A stretch of 64,000 bases of DNA from Candidatus Mediterraneibacter pullistercoris (GTDB taxonomy: Bacteria; Bacillota; Clostridia; Lachnospirales; Lachnospiraceae), in contig DXAU01000070.1 of the NCBI GenBank assembly GCA_019116885.1, positions 2,245 to 66,244 of the forward strand, written 5' to 3'. A program made the translations under genes and the position numbers. Below the pieces are notes generated by a model. It worked only from the letters and a program-made list of their open reading frames with translations. It searched no databases and was not told where the DNA came from. Below, piece by piece: positions 48,419 to 57,009 of the stretch. Every line of letters begins with the position of its first letter. The stretch's first letter is position 1.

Positions 48419-49969
48419 ATGGGAGACACTTTACAGATACTGACTGCTATGATTATTTATATGGCGGTGGTCATCATCATAGGTATTGCATTTGCAAGGA
48501 AAGCAAATGCAAGTTCAGACGCATATTTTCTTGGCGGACGCAGTCTTGGACCGTGGGTAACGGCGATGAGCGCGGAGGCGTCAGACATGTCCGGCTGGCT
48601 TCTGATGGGACTTCCGGGCGTGGCATACTGGTGCGGCATTGCGGATGCGGCATGGACGGCCATTGGATTGGCGGCAGGCACTTATATTAACTGGCTGATC
48701 GTTTCCAAACGACTGCGCCGGTACAGTGAGAAAGCAGGCAATGCAATTACTCTGCCGGAATATTTTTCCAACCGTTTCCACGAAAAGAAAAAAGTCATTA
48801 TGACGATTGCGGCAGTTTTTATTCTTATTTTTTTTACGGTGTATGCGGCAAGCTGTCTCGTGACATGCGGAAAACTCTTTTCCACCTTATTTGATATGCC
48901 TTATATCCCGATGATGATCGTGGGAGCAGTGTTTGTCCTGATCTATACGATCGTCGGCGGTTTCCTTGCGGAGAGCGCTTCAGACTTCATGCAGGCGATT
49001 GTGATGATTATAGCTCTTTGTGTTGTCGTGCTTGTGGGAACTTATGAAGCGGGCGGTCTGGGAGCGGTCATTGACAATGTAAAGGACATTCCAGGTTTCC
49101 TTGAATTCTTTGGTATGGCGACGCCTGAGACGGCAGACGGAGTACAGCAGGTGGTAAATGGAGCTCCGGTATTTGGAGAGGCTGCCCCGTATGGAATACT
49201 CTCAATTGTATCTATGATGGCATGGGGGCTGGGATATTTTGGGGTACCGCAGGTACTCTTAAGATTCATGGCGATCCGCCATGAAGATGAGCTGACCAGA
49301 TCCCGCAGGATCGCTACAGTATGGGTAGTGATATCCCTTACAATCGCAGTGTTTATCGGGGTGATGGGACGCGCGCTCTACCCGACGGCGCTTGCGACTT
49401 CAGCGGATGCGGAGAATGTGTTCATCCTTTTGGCTACAAATCTTCTTCCGCCATTAATCGCAGGGTTTGTAATGGCCGGAATTCTTGCAGCGACGATCAG
49501 TTCCTCGGATTCTTATCTGCTTATTGCGGCATCTGCATTTGCGAAGAACATTTACCAGGGGTTGTTCCGCAAAAAAGCATCTGACAGAGAGGTGCTCAAT
49601 ATTTCGAGACTGACGCTGCTTATGATCGCTATTGTGGCGGTTATCATCGCGCTGGATGAGAACAGTGTCATCTTCACAATTGTAAGCTTTGCCTGGGCCG
49701 GATTCGGCGCCACATTCGGACCGCTGATGCTTTTCAGCCTGTTCTGGAAGAGGACTACGAGAGCCGGCGCCATTGCAGGGATGATCGGCGGCGCGGGAAT
49801 GGTATTTGTCTGGAACCTGCTTGTGCGTCCGCTGGGCGGCGTATGGGATATCTATGAACTTCTCCCGGCGTTTCTGTTTTCATGCCTGTGTATTGTGGTT
49901 GTTTCACTTCTTACTCCGGAACCGTCAGAGGAGATCAAAAAGGAGTTTGAAGAAGTACGGAGTCTTTAA
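48419..49969 (+). CDS. putP: sodium/proline symporter (SSS family)
   Basis: DAYFLGGRSLGPWVTAMSAEASDMSGWLLMGLPG is the SSS/PutP signature; 13 TM helices. Confidence 0.85.
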   Translation: MGDTLQILTAMIIYMAVVIIIGIAFARKANASSDAYFLGGRSLGPWVTAMSAEASDMSGWLLMGLPGVAYWCGIADAAWTAIGLAAGTYINWLIVSKRLRRYSEKAGNAITLPEYFSNRFHEKKKVIMTIAAVFILIFFTVYAASCLVTCGKLFSTLFDMPYIPMMIVGAVFVLIYTIVGGFLAESASDFMQAIVMIIALCVVVLVGTYEAGGLGAVIDNVKDIPGFLEFFGMATPETADGVQQVVNGAPVFGEAAPYGILSIVSMMAWGLGYFGVPQVLLRFMAIRHEDELTRSRRIATVWVVISLTIAVFIGVMGRALYPTALATSADAENVFILLATNLLPPLIAGFVMAGILAATISSSDSYLLIAASAFAKNIYQGLFRKKASDREVLNISRLTLLMIAIVAVIIALDENSVIFTIVSFAWAGFGATFGPLMLFSLFWKRTTRAGAIAGMIGGAGMVFVWNLLVRPLGGVWDIYELLPAFLFSCLCIVVVSLLTPEPSEEIKKEFEEVRSL

Positions 49970-49978
49970 TTTATAGAC

Positions 49979-50017
49979 AGACAGATTGAGAGCCAGAAAA
50001 TGGCTCTCAATCTGTCT
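49979..50017. terminator. bidirectional terminator between convergent putP and the PHP gene
   Basis: Perfect 17-bp stem agacagattgagagcca / tggctctcaatctgtct with a gaaaa loop. Confidence 0.75.
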
Positions 50018-50037
50018 CAGAAGAAAACTGTAAGGGT

Positions 50038-50760
50038 TTATTTTCTGCGCCTTTGCAGTGCATCAAGTATGTCATTTACGTTCTTTGAACGGGCATAGAT
50101 CTGGTAATCTGGTTCGTGGATATCTTCCAGATAATGCGCATCAGAGCAGCAGATCACATTACATTTCTCAAGGTATGGATGATCCTTTCTGATCCGGTGC
50201 AGATTGCTGAAATTATGAAATTCCGCGCAGGAGAATGTACTGCCAGGGGGGATGAATCCCAGATTCGAGATAAGACTTGTGGAAGCCTTGTCCACATGTG
50301 CGGGATAAGCGATCCCATGGTATGACTCTGCCAGTGAAAATGCATCGTCAAAAGAGATGGAAGTTGCATTGATGAGAAGGTTTTCCACTGTTCCGGTTAC
50401 TTTGTCTTCTTTATCCATGATCTGCTGTTTCCCGAAGATCTCTTCCCGGTTGGGAACCGGCATCAGTCTCTCATATACAAGCGCGTCAAAAGCAAGGGCA
50501 TCTTCAAGCGTAGGAAACAGACAGATAACGTGGACTTCTTCCACGGTGGTCAGTTCCATGCCCGGGATTACAGTCACTCCGTAGTTTGCTCCGTGATACA
50601 TGGCGGCAGGGCAGTTTCTGCATGTGTTATGATCCGTGAGTGCGATCACATCCAGTCCTTTGACTGCAGCCATTCCAACCAGATCGGCGGGAGTCATGGC
50701 ATCATCCCCGCACGGCGACAGACAGGAGTGGATGTGAAGATCGTAGAAGAGAGGAATCAT
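50038..50760 (-). CDS. PHP-domain phosphoesterase
   Basis: DLHIHSCLSPCGD...IALTDHN metal-binding His motifs of the PHP family. Confidence 0.8.
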   Translation of the reverse strand: MIPLFYDLHIHSCLSPCGDDAMTPADLVGMAAVKGLDVIALTDHNTCRNCPAAMYHGANYGVTVIPGMELTTVEEVHVICLFPTLEDALAFDALVYERLMPVPNREEIFGKQQIMDKEDKVTGTVENLLINATSISFDDAFSLAESYHGIAYPAHVDKASTSLISNLGFIPPGSTFSCAEFHNFSNLHRIRKDHPYLEKCNVICCSDAHYLEDIHEPDYQIYARSKNVNDILDALQRRRK

Positions 50761-51089
50761 GATATGCCTGCCTCATGTATTTTCAGAGCAATGTCAAATA
50801 CCGGAAGCTCTGTTGTGTATATGGCGATGCCTTCCTCCTCCGCTTTGCTGATCATCCCCTGATCCGGGGAAATACCCTCTGCCAGTACAATGCATGGCAC
50901 GTCCATGAGCGTTGCGACGGCAAGAGTGTTCTTATTCCCCATCACAGTCACCCACACGCTGCCTCCCGGTATCCTGCTCATAGCGATACTTAGAAGATCG
51001 CAGCAGAACACTTTCGATATCTCACGGTCCGGGCTGCCTTCGACAAGGAGCCTGCACTCCGGCAGTTCTGATATAGTCTTTAGTTTCAT
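50757..51089 (-). CDS. DRTGG-domain protein (single domain)
   Basis: About 110 aa with the DRTGG-like core VWVTVMGNKNTLAVATLMDVPCIVLAEG; GGAGGA RBS; 4-nt overlap with the PHP gene. Confidence 0.7.
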   Translation of the reverse strand: MKLKTISELPECRLLVEGSPDREISKVFCCDLLSIAMSRIPGGSVWVTVMGNKNTLAVATLMDVPCIVLAEGISPDQGMISKAEEEGIAIYTTELPVFDIALKIHEAGIS

Positions 51090-51113
51090 GGCAGTTGATC
51101 CTCCTTCTGGTAT

Positions 51114-52529
51114 TTAAGTCTTTGTGTTGTCAGTCCGTATTGCTTCCGGTACACCGAAAGAAGCAAGTTCTGCAGTCAGCTCCCGGATATATTTCTGGAG
51201 CAGCTCATCCTCTTCTTCAGACAGTGGTTTCCCACCGTTTTTTCCCCGTGTCAGCGCCTCGATCCTTCGGGACAGATCCGCGATGTTCGAGCGCAGTACA
51301 TAGATGCAGTCGTTGGGCTCTGCCTCGCCCCGGACAATATCCTCTGCCAGTGTCTGACAGGTGGGGGCCCCGCAGGAACCGCAGTCCAGACCGGGGAACA
51401 TGGCTGTGAGCTGTTCTACATTGCTCATCATCCGGAGACTCTCTTTGAATGTATTGCCGAGGCGGAAGACCGGTTCGTATTCGATGTCGTCTGCCCAGTA
51501 CAGATTTCTGATCTCTGGGTTGTCTTCCAGATGGTTCTTGGAGACTGGCTGATATTTGGTCAGGCGTTTCGTTTTTGTCATGGCGATGTAGGCGTTTTCG
51601 ACGGTGAGAGTGCCGCCCACACATCCGCCGTTGCAGGCGTTGAGCTCCACGAAAGTAAGACCGTGGAGTTTTTCGTCCTCCAGTTCTTCTAATACCCTCA
51701 AGATGTTTACTATGCCGTCCGCCGCAAGATAGTTATCCACGAGAAGGCCGCCGACCTCGCCGCCGGCATTGCTCCAGCCGATGCCGATGCGACCGGAGTG
51801 GGAGAGCGGCTTTAGCTGGGTTTCGTCATGTTTCATATGCGGCAGCAGGAGCGGATAGACGTCTTTGATGGCTACCACGTTGTCGATGCTGCTCTTCTTG
51901 ATTCCGAGAGGCGCTTTTGCATAAGACACTTTCGACGGACAGGGAGAGATAAAGATAATGCCGATATCATCGGGATTAAGTCCTGTCTTTTCCACGGCTT
52001 TTGCACGCGCGATCTCCGCCGCCACTTCTACCGGGGCTTTTATCGGGAGAAGGCGTGAGATGAGAGAGGGAAACTTCACTCTTATGAGCCGGATCACCGA
52101 AGGACAGGCAGAGCTGATGAACGGAGCTTCAGCCGCATGCTCCTTTATATACTCTCTCGAGACTTCAGATACCAGTTCCGCCGCTGCGCTGACCTCGTAT
52201 ACATCGTCAAATCCAAGCTTCAGCAGGGCGTTCAGGACAATATCTACATTTACCAGGTTGTTATACTGCGCATAGAGTGAAGGCGCCGGAAGAGCAACCG
52301 TGTATTTGAAATCATTGATGACAGAGAGTGGATCGTAGACAGGTACTTTCGCATGGTGGGGACAATAGCGGATACACCTGCCGCAGTCGATGCAGAATTT
52401 GTCTATGATATGTGCTTTCCCATTATGTACCCGGATCGCCTGGGTAGGGCAGTACTTGATACAGTTGATGCATCCCTGGCAGGCAGACTCGCGGAGCCGC
52501 ACAGAGCGCATGAATTTGTTGTTGTCCAC
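51114..52529 (-). CDS. [FeFe]-hydrogenase-like H-domain protein of sensory type, with 2x[4Fe-4S] N-terminus and a C-terminal 4-Cys module
   Basis: CQGCINCIKYCP and CIDCGRCIRYCP; H-cluster motif variants SSACPS, SPCPSKVS, ELNACNGGCVGG; C-terminal CGSCGAPTCQ...C; GTG start with an AAAGGAGAG RBS. Confidence 0.8.
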   Translation of the reverse strand: MDNNKFMRSVRLRESACQGCINCIKYCPTQAIRVHNGKAHIIDKFCIDCGRCIRYCPHHAKVPVYDPLSVINDFKYTVALPAPSLYAQYNNLVNVDIVLNALLKLGFDDVYEVSAAAELVSEVSREYIKEHAAEAPFISSACPSVIRLIRVKFPSLISRLLPIKAPVEVAAEIARAKAVEKTGLNPDDIGIIFISPCPSKVSYAKAPLGIKKSSIDNVVAIKDVYPLLLPHMKHDETQLKPLSHSGRIGIGWSNAGGEVGGLLVDNYLAADGIVNILRVLEELEDEKLHGLTFVELNACNGGCVGGTLTVENAYIAMTKTKRLTKYQPVSKNHLEDNPEIRNLYWADDIEYEPVFRLGNTFKESLRMMSNVEQLTAMFPGLDCGSCGAPTCQTLAEDIVRGEAEPNDCIYVLRSNIADLSRRIEALTRGKNGGKPLSEEEDELLQKYIRELTAELASFGVPEAIRTDNTKT

Positions 52530-52602
52530 AGGCAGTCTCTCCTTTCTCTTTGTGCACCGTGCAGCTTACGTCTTCATCGATGCTCACGCTTCCGCACTGC
52601 TT

Positions 52603-53025
52603 CTACAGATTGACTTTCATGGTAATAGTTGTCCCCTGTCCGACTACAGTGTCAATCTGCATCTCATCGGTAAAGCGTTTCATATTGGGCAGCCCCATTC
52701 CAGCGCCGAAGCCAAGGGAACGAACCTCCTCGCGGGCTGTGGAGAAGCCCTCCTGCATGGCTTTGCCGATATCAGGAATCCCCGGTCCTTTGTCCGCAAG
52801 CACCATGGTGATGTCTGTGTCTGATATGGTGACCGTAATTGTGCCGCCGTCGGCGTGGATGACCATATTGATTTCACCCTCATACATAGCGATAGCGGTC
52901 TTGCGTATGGCTTCACTGTTCACGCCAAGCATCTTCAGTTTGTTCTTTACGGAGCTGCTCGCCTCGCCTGCGCGGGTGAAATCATCCCCGTCGATAATAT
53001 AGGTAAAGATAAGCTGATCCCCCAT
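52603..53025 (-). CDS. SpoIIAB/RsbW-like GHKL Ser/Thr protein kinase (anti-sigma-factor-type ATPase)
   Basis: 140 aa; EGEINMVIHA (N-box-like), DKGPGIPD (G1), GFGAGMGLPNMKR (G2); GGAGGTG RBS. Confidence 0.75.
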   Translation of the reverse strand: MGDQLIFTYIIDGDDFTRAGEASSSVKNKLKMLGVNSEAIRKTAIAMYEGEINMVIHADGGTITVTISDTDITMVLADKGPGIPDIGKAMQEGFSTAREEVRSLGFGAGMGLPNMKRFTDEMQIDTVVGQGTTITMKVNL

Positions 53026-53370
53026 TCAGTCACCTCCTCGCAGCCCGTTTTCGTACAGGATTCCGCATGTAGTGAACATGAAGTGCTTTGTTGCAAGGAC
53101 AGCGATGGATTTGCCCCGTGCCAGCGCCAGCATATTCTCATCCGGCATCTTGCCGCGGACAAAGATGATGCAGCAGATATCGAGCATCTCTGCGGTACGG
53201 ACGACCTGGGGATTGCACAGGCCTGTTATGAGAACGGAACATTGCCCGCAGTATGCAAGAACATCGCTCATCATATCGGCTGAAAAAACAAATTGTGTGT
53301 CCAGATCTGCGAGTTCTTCCCCATAGAGGAATTCTGCATCAAGGACGTTCTGCATTTCTCTGATGGTCAT
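53026..53370 (-). CDS. DRTGG-domain protein (single domain)
   Basis: VLITGLCNPQVVRTAEMLDICCIIFVRG core; its stop abuts the kinase start; start set at the ATG preceded by AGAGGAGAG (the ORF extends to 53385). Confidence 0.7.
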   Translation of the reverse strand: MTIREMQNVLDAEFLYGEELADLDTQFVFSADMMSDVLAYCGQCSVLITGLCNPQVVRTAEMLDICCIIFVRGKMPDENMLALARGKSIAVLATKHFMFTTCGILYENGLRGGD

Positions 53371-53677
53371 GGTCTCTCCTCTCATTTTATAATAAAGCGT
53401 TTCTCTGTTTCAGTCAGTATAACACCTGGGTATTTAAAAAGCAATAATTGCATAAATAGAAGAAAATATAACATTTTTTTGTTAAAAATGTATCGAATAA
53501 AATGAAAAAATATTTGATAGACTTCGTTCTATATGTCAAAATATACAGAATTTTTCAAATTTCAAGTGGCATGTTGTTTATTCATATGATATGATTGTTT
53601 TAATGAGCACAAAATATACCCTGACGGCCGGAAATCTGTCTGAAATGGTCGCGGGAAACAGAATTGGAGGTTGAAGA

Positions 53678-54172
53678 ATGGCAGCTAAGAAAGGAACAGT
53701 TCCATTTTCCGGGACAAAAGAGCAGGAAGACGCTCTCATGAAAGCGATCAATGAGCTCAAGGATGAAAAAGGAGCGCTGATGCCGATCCTGCAGAAAGCA
53801 CAGGACATATATGGGTATCTGCCCTTTGAAGTCCAGAAGATGATCTCAGATCAGACGGGAATCCCAATGGAGAAGATCTACGGTGTGACCACATTTTACT
53901 CTCAGTTCACTCTGAATCCAAAAGGAAAGTACAGGATCTCTGTCTGTCTTGGCACGGCGTGCTACGTGAAAGGTTCTGGAGATATTTACAATGCCCTGAT
54001 GGAGAAGCTGGGCATTGTGGGCGGGGAATGTACGCCGGATGGGAAATTTTCTCTGGATGCATGCCGCTGCGTGGGTGCCTGTGGACTCGCACCGGTTATG
54101 ATGATCAATGATGAAGTCTACGGACGGCTGACTGTAGATGACATTGACGGCATCCTGGCAAAATATGAATAG
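53678..54172 (+). CDS. hydC: NuoE-like [2Fe-2S] subunit of the bifurcating hydrogenase
   Basis: LMPILQKAQDIYGYL, CLGTACYVKG, CRCVGACGLAPVM cysteine pattern. Confidence 0.88.
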   Translation: MAAKKGTVPFSGTKEQEDALMKAINELKDEKGALMPILQKAQDIYGYLPFEVQKMISDQTGIPMEKIYGVTTFYSQFTLNPKGKYRISVCLGTACYVKGSGDIYNALMEKLGIVGGECTPDGKFSLDACRCVGACGLAPVMMINDEVYGRLTVDDIDGILAKYE

Positions 54173-54175
54173 TCT

Positions 54176-54736
54176 ATGATGCCGGAGATATCTCTGAATA
54201 TTCTGGATGTGACCGAAAATTCCGTGCGGGCTAAAGCGACTTTTATCGAGATCACAGTGTCAGTGAAGACGAAAGAGGATACGCTCGCAGTCATGATACG
54301 CGATGATGGATGCGGGATGACAGCAGACCAGGCGAAGCGCGCACAGGATCCGTTCTTTACAACGAGAACAACAAGGATAGTAGGTCTCGGGCTCCCGTTT
54401 TTTAAGCAGGCTGCGGAGAGCACGGGCGGGAGCTTCCGGATTGATTCAGAAAAAGGGAAAGGAACCACGGTCCGGGCAGTGTTTGGATTGTCACATATTG
54501 ACAGGATGCCGCTCGGTGATATCAGTTCTACCATACATACACTGATCGTTTTTAATGAACAGATTGATTTTAAATATGTCTATGAATATGATGATAAGAG
54601 TTTTACTCTTGACACGCGGGAAATGAGGGAGATGCTTGGCGATGAGATTTCTTTTATGGAACCTGAGGTGTCGCTGTTTATCTGGGAATATCTGGATACA
54701 AACAAACAGGAGACAGACGGCGGAGCAGACGTATAA
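54176..54736 (+). CDS. GHKL (histidine-kinase-like) ATPase domain protein embedded in the hydrogenase operon
   Basis: LDVTENSVRA (N-box), IRDDGCGM (G1), GLGLPFFKQ (G2); no sensor, DHp or receiver domain. Confidence 0.75.
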   Translation: MMPEISLNILDVTENSVRAKATFIEITVSVKTKEDTLAVMIRDDGCGMTADQAKRAQDPFFTTRTTRIVGLGLPFFKQAAESTGGSFRIDSEKGKGTTVRAVFGLSHIDRMPLGDISSTIHTLIVFNEQIDFKYVYEYDDKSFTLDTREMREMLGDEISFMEPEVSLFIWEYLDTNKQETDGGADV

Positions 54737-54803
54737 GGCTAGCCGGGCATCTGTCCGTCATATGGATGAACTGATATATAAATGACAGAAATGGAGGAAT
54801 TAT

Positions 54804-55187
54804 ATGAAATCTCTCGAAGAATTACGCGCGATCAGAGAAAAGATGCAGGGAAAAGTCGGGGTGAGGGCTGAAAATGCAGATCAGATCCGTGTTGTTGTCG
54901 GAATGGCTACATGCGGAATCGCAAGCGGAGCAAGGCCGGTCCTGACAACTCTCTCTGACGCGGTGCAGGAACAGAACCTGAGTGAAAAAATCTGTGTAAC
55001 GCAGACCGGATGCATCGGTCTGTGCCAGTACGAGCCTATTGTGGAAGTGATGGAACCCGGAAAAGATAAAGTGACTTATGTGAAGATGACTCCTGAGAAA
55101 GCGCTGGAGGTGCTGCGTCTTCACTTGCTGGGCGGACAGGTAGTGACAAAATATACTCTGAGCGCTGCGCAGAATAATACAAATTAG
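54804..55187 (+). CDS. hydD: thioredoxin-like [2Fe-2S] ferredoxin
   Basis: VVGMATCGIASGA and TGCIGLCQYEP cysteine motifs. Confidence 0.8.
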   Translation: MKSLEELRAIREKMQGKVGVRAENADQIRVVVGMATCGIASGARPVLTTLSDAVQEQNLSEKICVTQTGCIGLCQYEPIVEVMEPGKDKVTYVKMTPEKALEVLRLHLLGGQVVTKYTLSAAQNNTN

Positions 55188-55206
55188 GAAAAGGAGGCCT
55201 TAATCT

Positions 55207-56994
55207 ATGTATCGTTCACATGTACTCGTCTGCGGCGGAACCGGATGTACGTCTTCCGGAAGCCAGCGGATCATAGAGAGACTGGAAAAAGAGATCGCAG
55301 CGAACGGACTGTCCGAGGAAGTCGGAGTGGTCAAAACAGGATGTTTTGGACTGTGCGCTTTGGGACCGATCATGATCGTGTATCCGGAGGGGACTTTTTA
55401 CTCCATGGTGCAGGAAGACGACATTCCGGAGATCGTATCTGAGCATCTCTTAAAAGGAAGAGTTGTCACCCGTCTGCTCTATGATGAGACGACGAAGACA
55501 GATCAGATTATCCCGCTCAATGAGACCAATTTCTATAAGAAACAGCACAGAGTCGCACTGAGAAACTGCGGTGTAATCAATCCCGAGAATATCGAAGAAT
55601 ACATCGGTACAGGCGGTTATGAGGCACTTGGCACTGTACTTACAGAGAAGACTCCCGGGGATGTGATTCAGATCCTTCTGGACAGCGGCTTAAGAGGAAG
55701 AGGCGGCGCTGGGTTTCCTACAGGCCTGAAGTGGAAGTTCGCCGCTGCAAATGACGCGGATCAGAAATATGTCTGCTGCAATGCTGATGAGGGAGATCCG
55801 GGAGCATTTATGGATCGTTCCATTCTGGAGGGAGATCCTCACGCAGTGCTTGAGGCGATGGCGATCGCAGGGTACGCCATCGGAGCGTCGCAGGGATATA
55901 TCTATGTGCGTGCCGAGTATCCCATCGCAGTGAAACGTCTGGAGATTGCGATAAACCAGGCAAGGGAATACGGTCTGCTTGGAAAAAATATATTTGACAG
56001 CGGCTTTGATTTTGACATCGAACTGAGACTTGGTGCAGGAGCGTTTGTCTGCGGCGAGGAGACGGCTCTCATGACATCTATCGAGGGCAACAGAGGCGAA
56101 CCCCGTCCGAGGCCTCCGTTCCCGGCTCTCAAAGGTCTTTTCCAGAAGCCTACAATCTTAAACAACGTGGAGACTTACGCAAACATCCCGCAGATCATCG
56201 TCAATGGTCCGGAGTGGTTTGCATCCATGGGGACAGAGAACTCGAAAGGGACGAAAGTATTTGCCCTGGGCGGAAAGATCCACAATACCGGACTGGTGGA
56301 AGTTCCTATGGGTACGACTCTCCGCGAGATCGTGGAAGAGATCGGCGGCGGCATCCCGAATGGGAAGAAGTTCAAAGCAGCCCAGACAGGAGGTCCCTCC
56401 GGCGGCTGTATCCCGGCAGAACATCTGGATGTGCCGATCGATTATGACAACTTAAAGGAAATCGGGTCCATGATGGGATCCGGAGGTCTGATTGTCATGG
56501 ACGAGGATACCTGTATGGTAGACATCGCGAAATTCTTCCTGGAATTTACCGTGGACGAGTCCTGCGGCAAATGTACTCCATGCCGCATCGGTACGAGGCG
56601 CATGCTGGAGATCCTTGACAAGATCACGAAAGGGCAGGCAACGATGGAAGATCTGGATAAGCTGGAGGAGCTCTGCTGTCATCTGCAGTCAAATTCCCTC
56701 TGCGCGCTGGGCCAGACGGCGCCCAATCCGGTCCTTTCCACTCTGCGTTATTTCAGGGATGAATATGTTGCGCATATTGTTGACAAGAAATGTCCGGCAG
56801 GAGTCTGTAAAGATCTGCTCCAGTATAAGATCGATCCGGACCGGTGTAAGGGCTGTACGCTCTGCGCGAGAACCTGTCCTGCAGATGCGATCATCGGAAA
56901 GGTAAAAGAAGTACATATGATAAACTCCGAGAAGTGCTTAAAGTGCGGCGCCTGCATGGAAAAATGCCGGTTTGGCGCGATCTACAAAGAATAA
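55207..56994 (+). CDS. hydB: NuoF-like FMN/NAD(H)-binding subunit of the bifurcating hydrogenase
   Basis: N-terminal 2Fe-2S domain, GRGGAGFPTGLKW, ESCGKCTPCRIG, C-terminal 2x CxxCxxCxxxCP. Confidence 0.92.
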   Translation: MYRSHVLVCGGTGCTSSGSQRIIERLEKEIAANGLSEEVGVVKTGCFGLCALGPIMIVYPEGTFYSMVQEDDIPEIVSEHLLKGRVVTRLLYDETTKTDQIIPLNETNFYKKQHRVALRNCGVINPENIEEYIGTGGYEALGTVLTEKTPGDVIQILLDSGLRGRGGAGFPTGLKWKFAAANDADQKYVCCNADEGDPGAFMDRSILEGDPHAVLEAMAIAGYAIGASQGYIYVRAEYPIAVKRLEIAINQAREYGLLGKNIFDSGFDFDIELRLGAGAFVCGEETALMTSIEGNRGEPRPRPPFPALKGLFQKPTILNNVETYANIPQIIVNGPEWFASMGTENSKGTKVFALGGKIHNTGLVEVPMGTTLREIVEEIGGGIPNGKKFKAAQTGGPSGGCIPAEHLDVPIDYDNLKEIGSMMGSGGLIVMDEDTCMVDIAKFFLEFTVDESCGKCTPCRIGTRRMLEILDKITKGQATMEDLDKLEELCCHLQSNSLCALGQTAPNPVLSTLRYFRDEYVAHIVDKKCPAGVCKDLLQYKIDPDRCKGCTLCARTCPADAIIGKVKEVHMINSEKCLKCGACMEKCRFGAIYKE

Positions 56995-57009
56995 GGGAGG
57001 GCAGTGAGA

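Noticed and set aside
53595-53612. Rex (redox repressor) operator upstream of hydC: TTGTTTTAATGAGCACAA
   Set aside because: Only about 9 of 14 consensus positions match TTGTGAAnnnnTTCACAA or TTGTTAAnnnnTTAACAA. In an AT-rich region that is too weak to call without a position-weight-matrix score.
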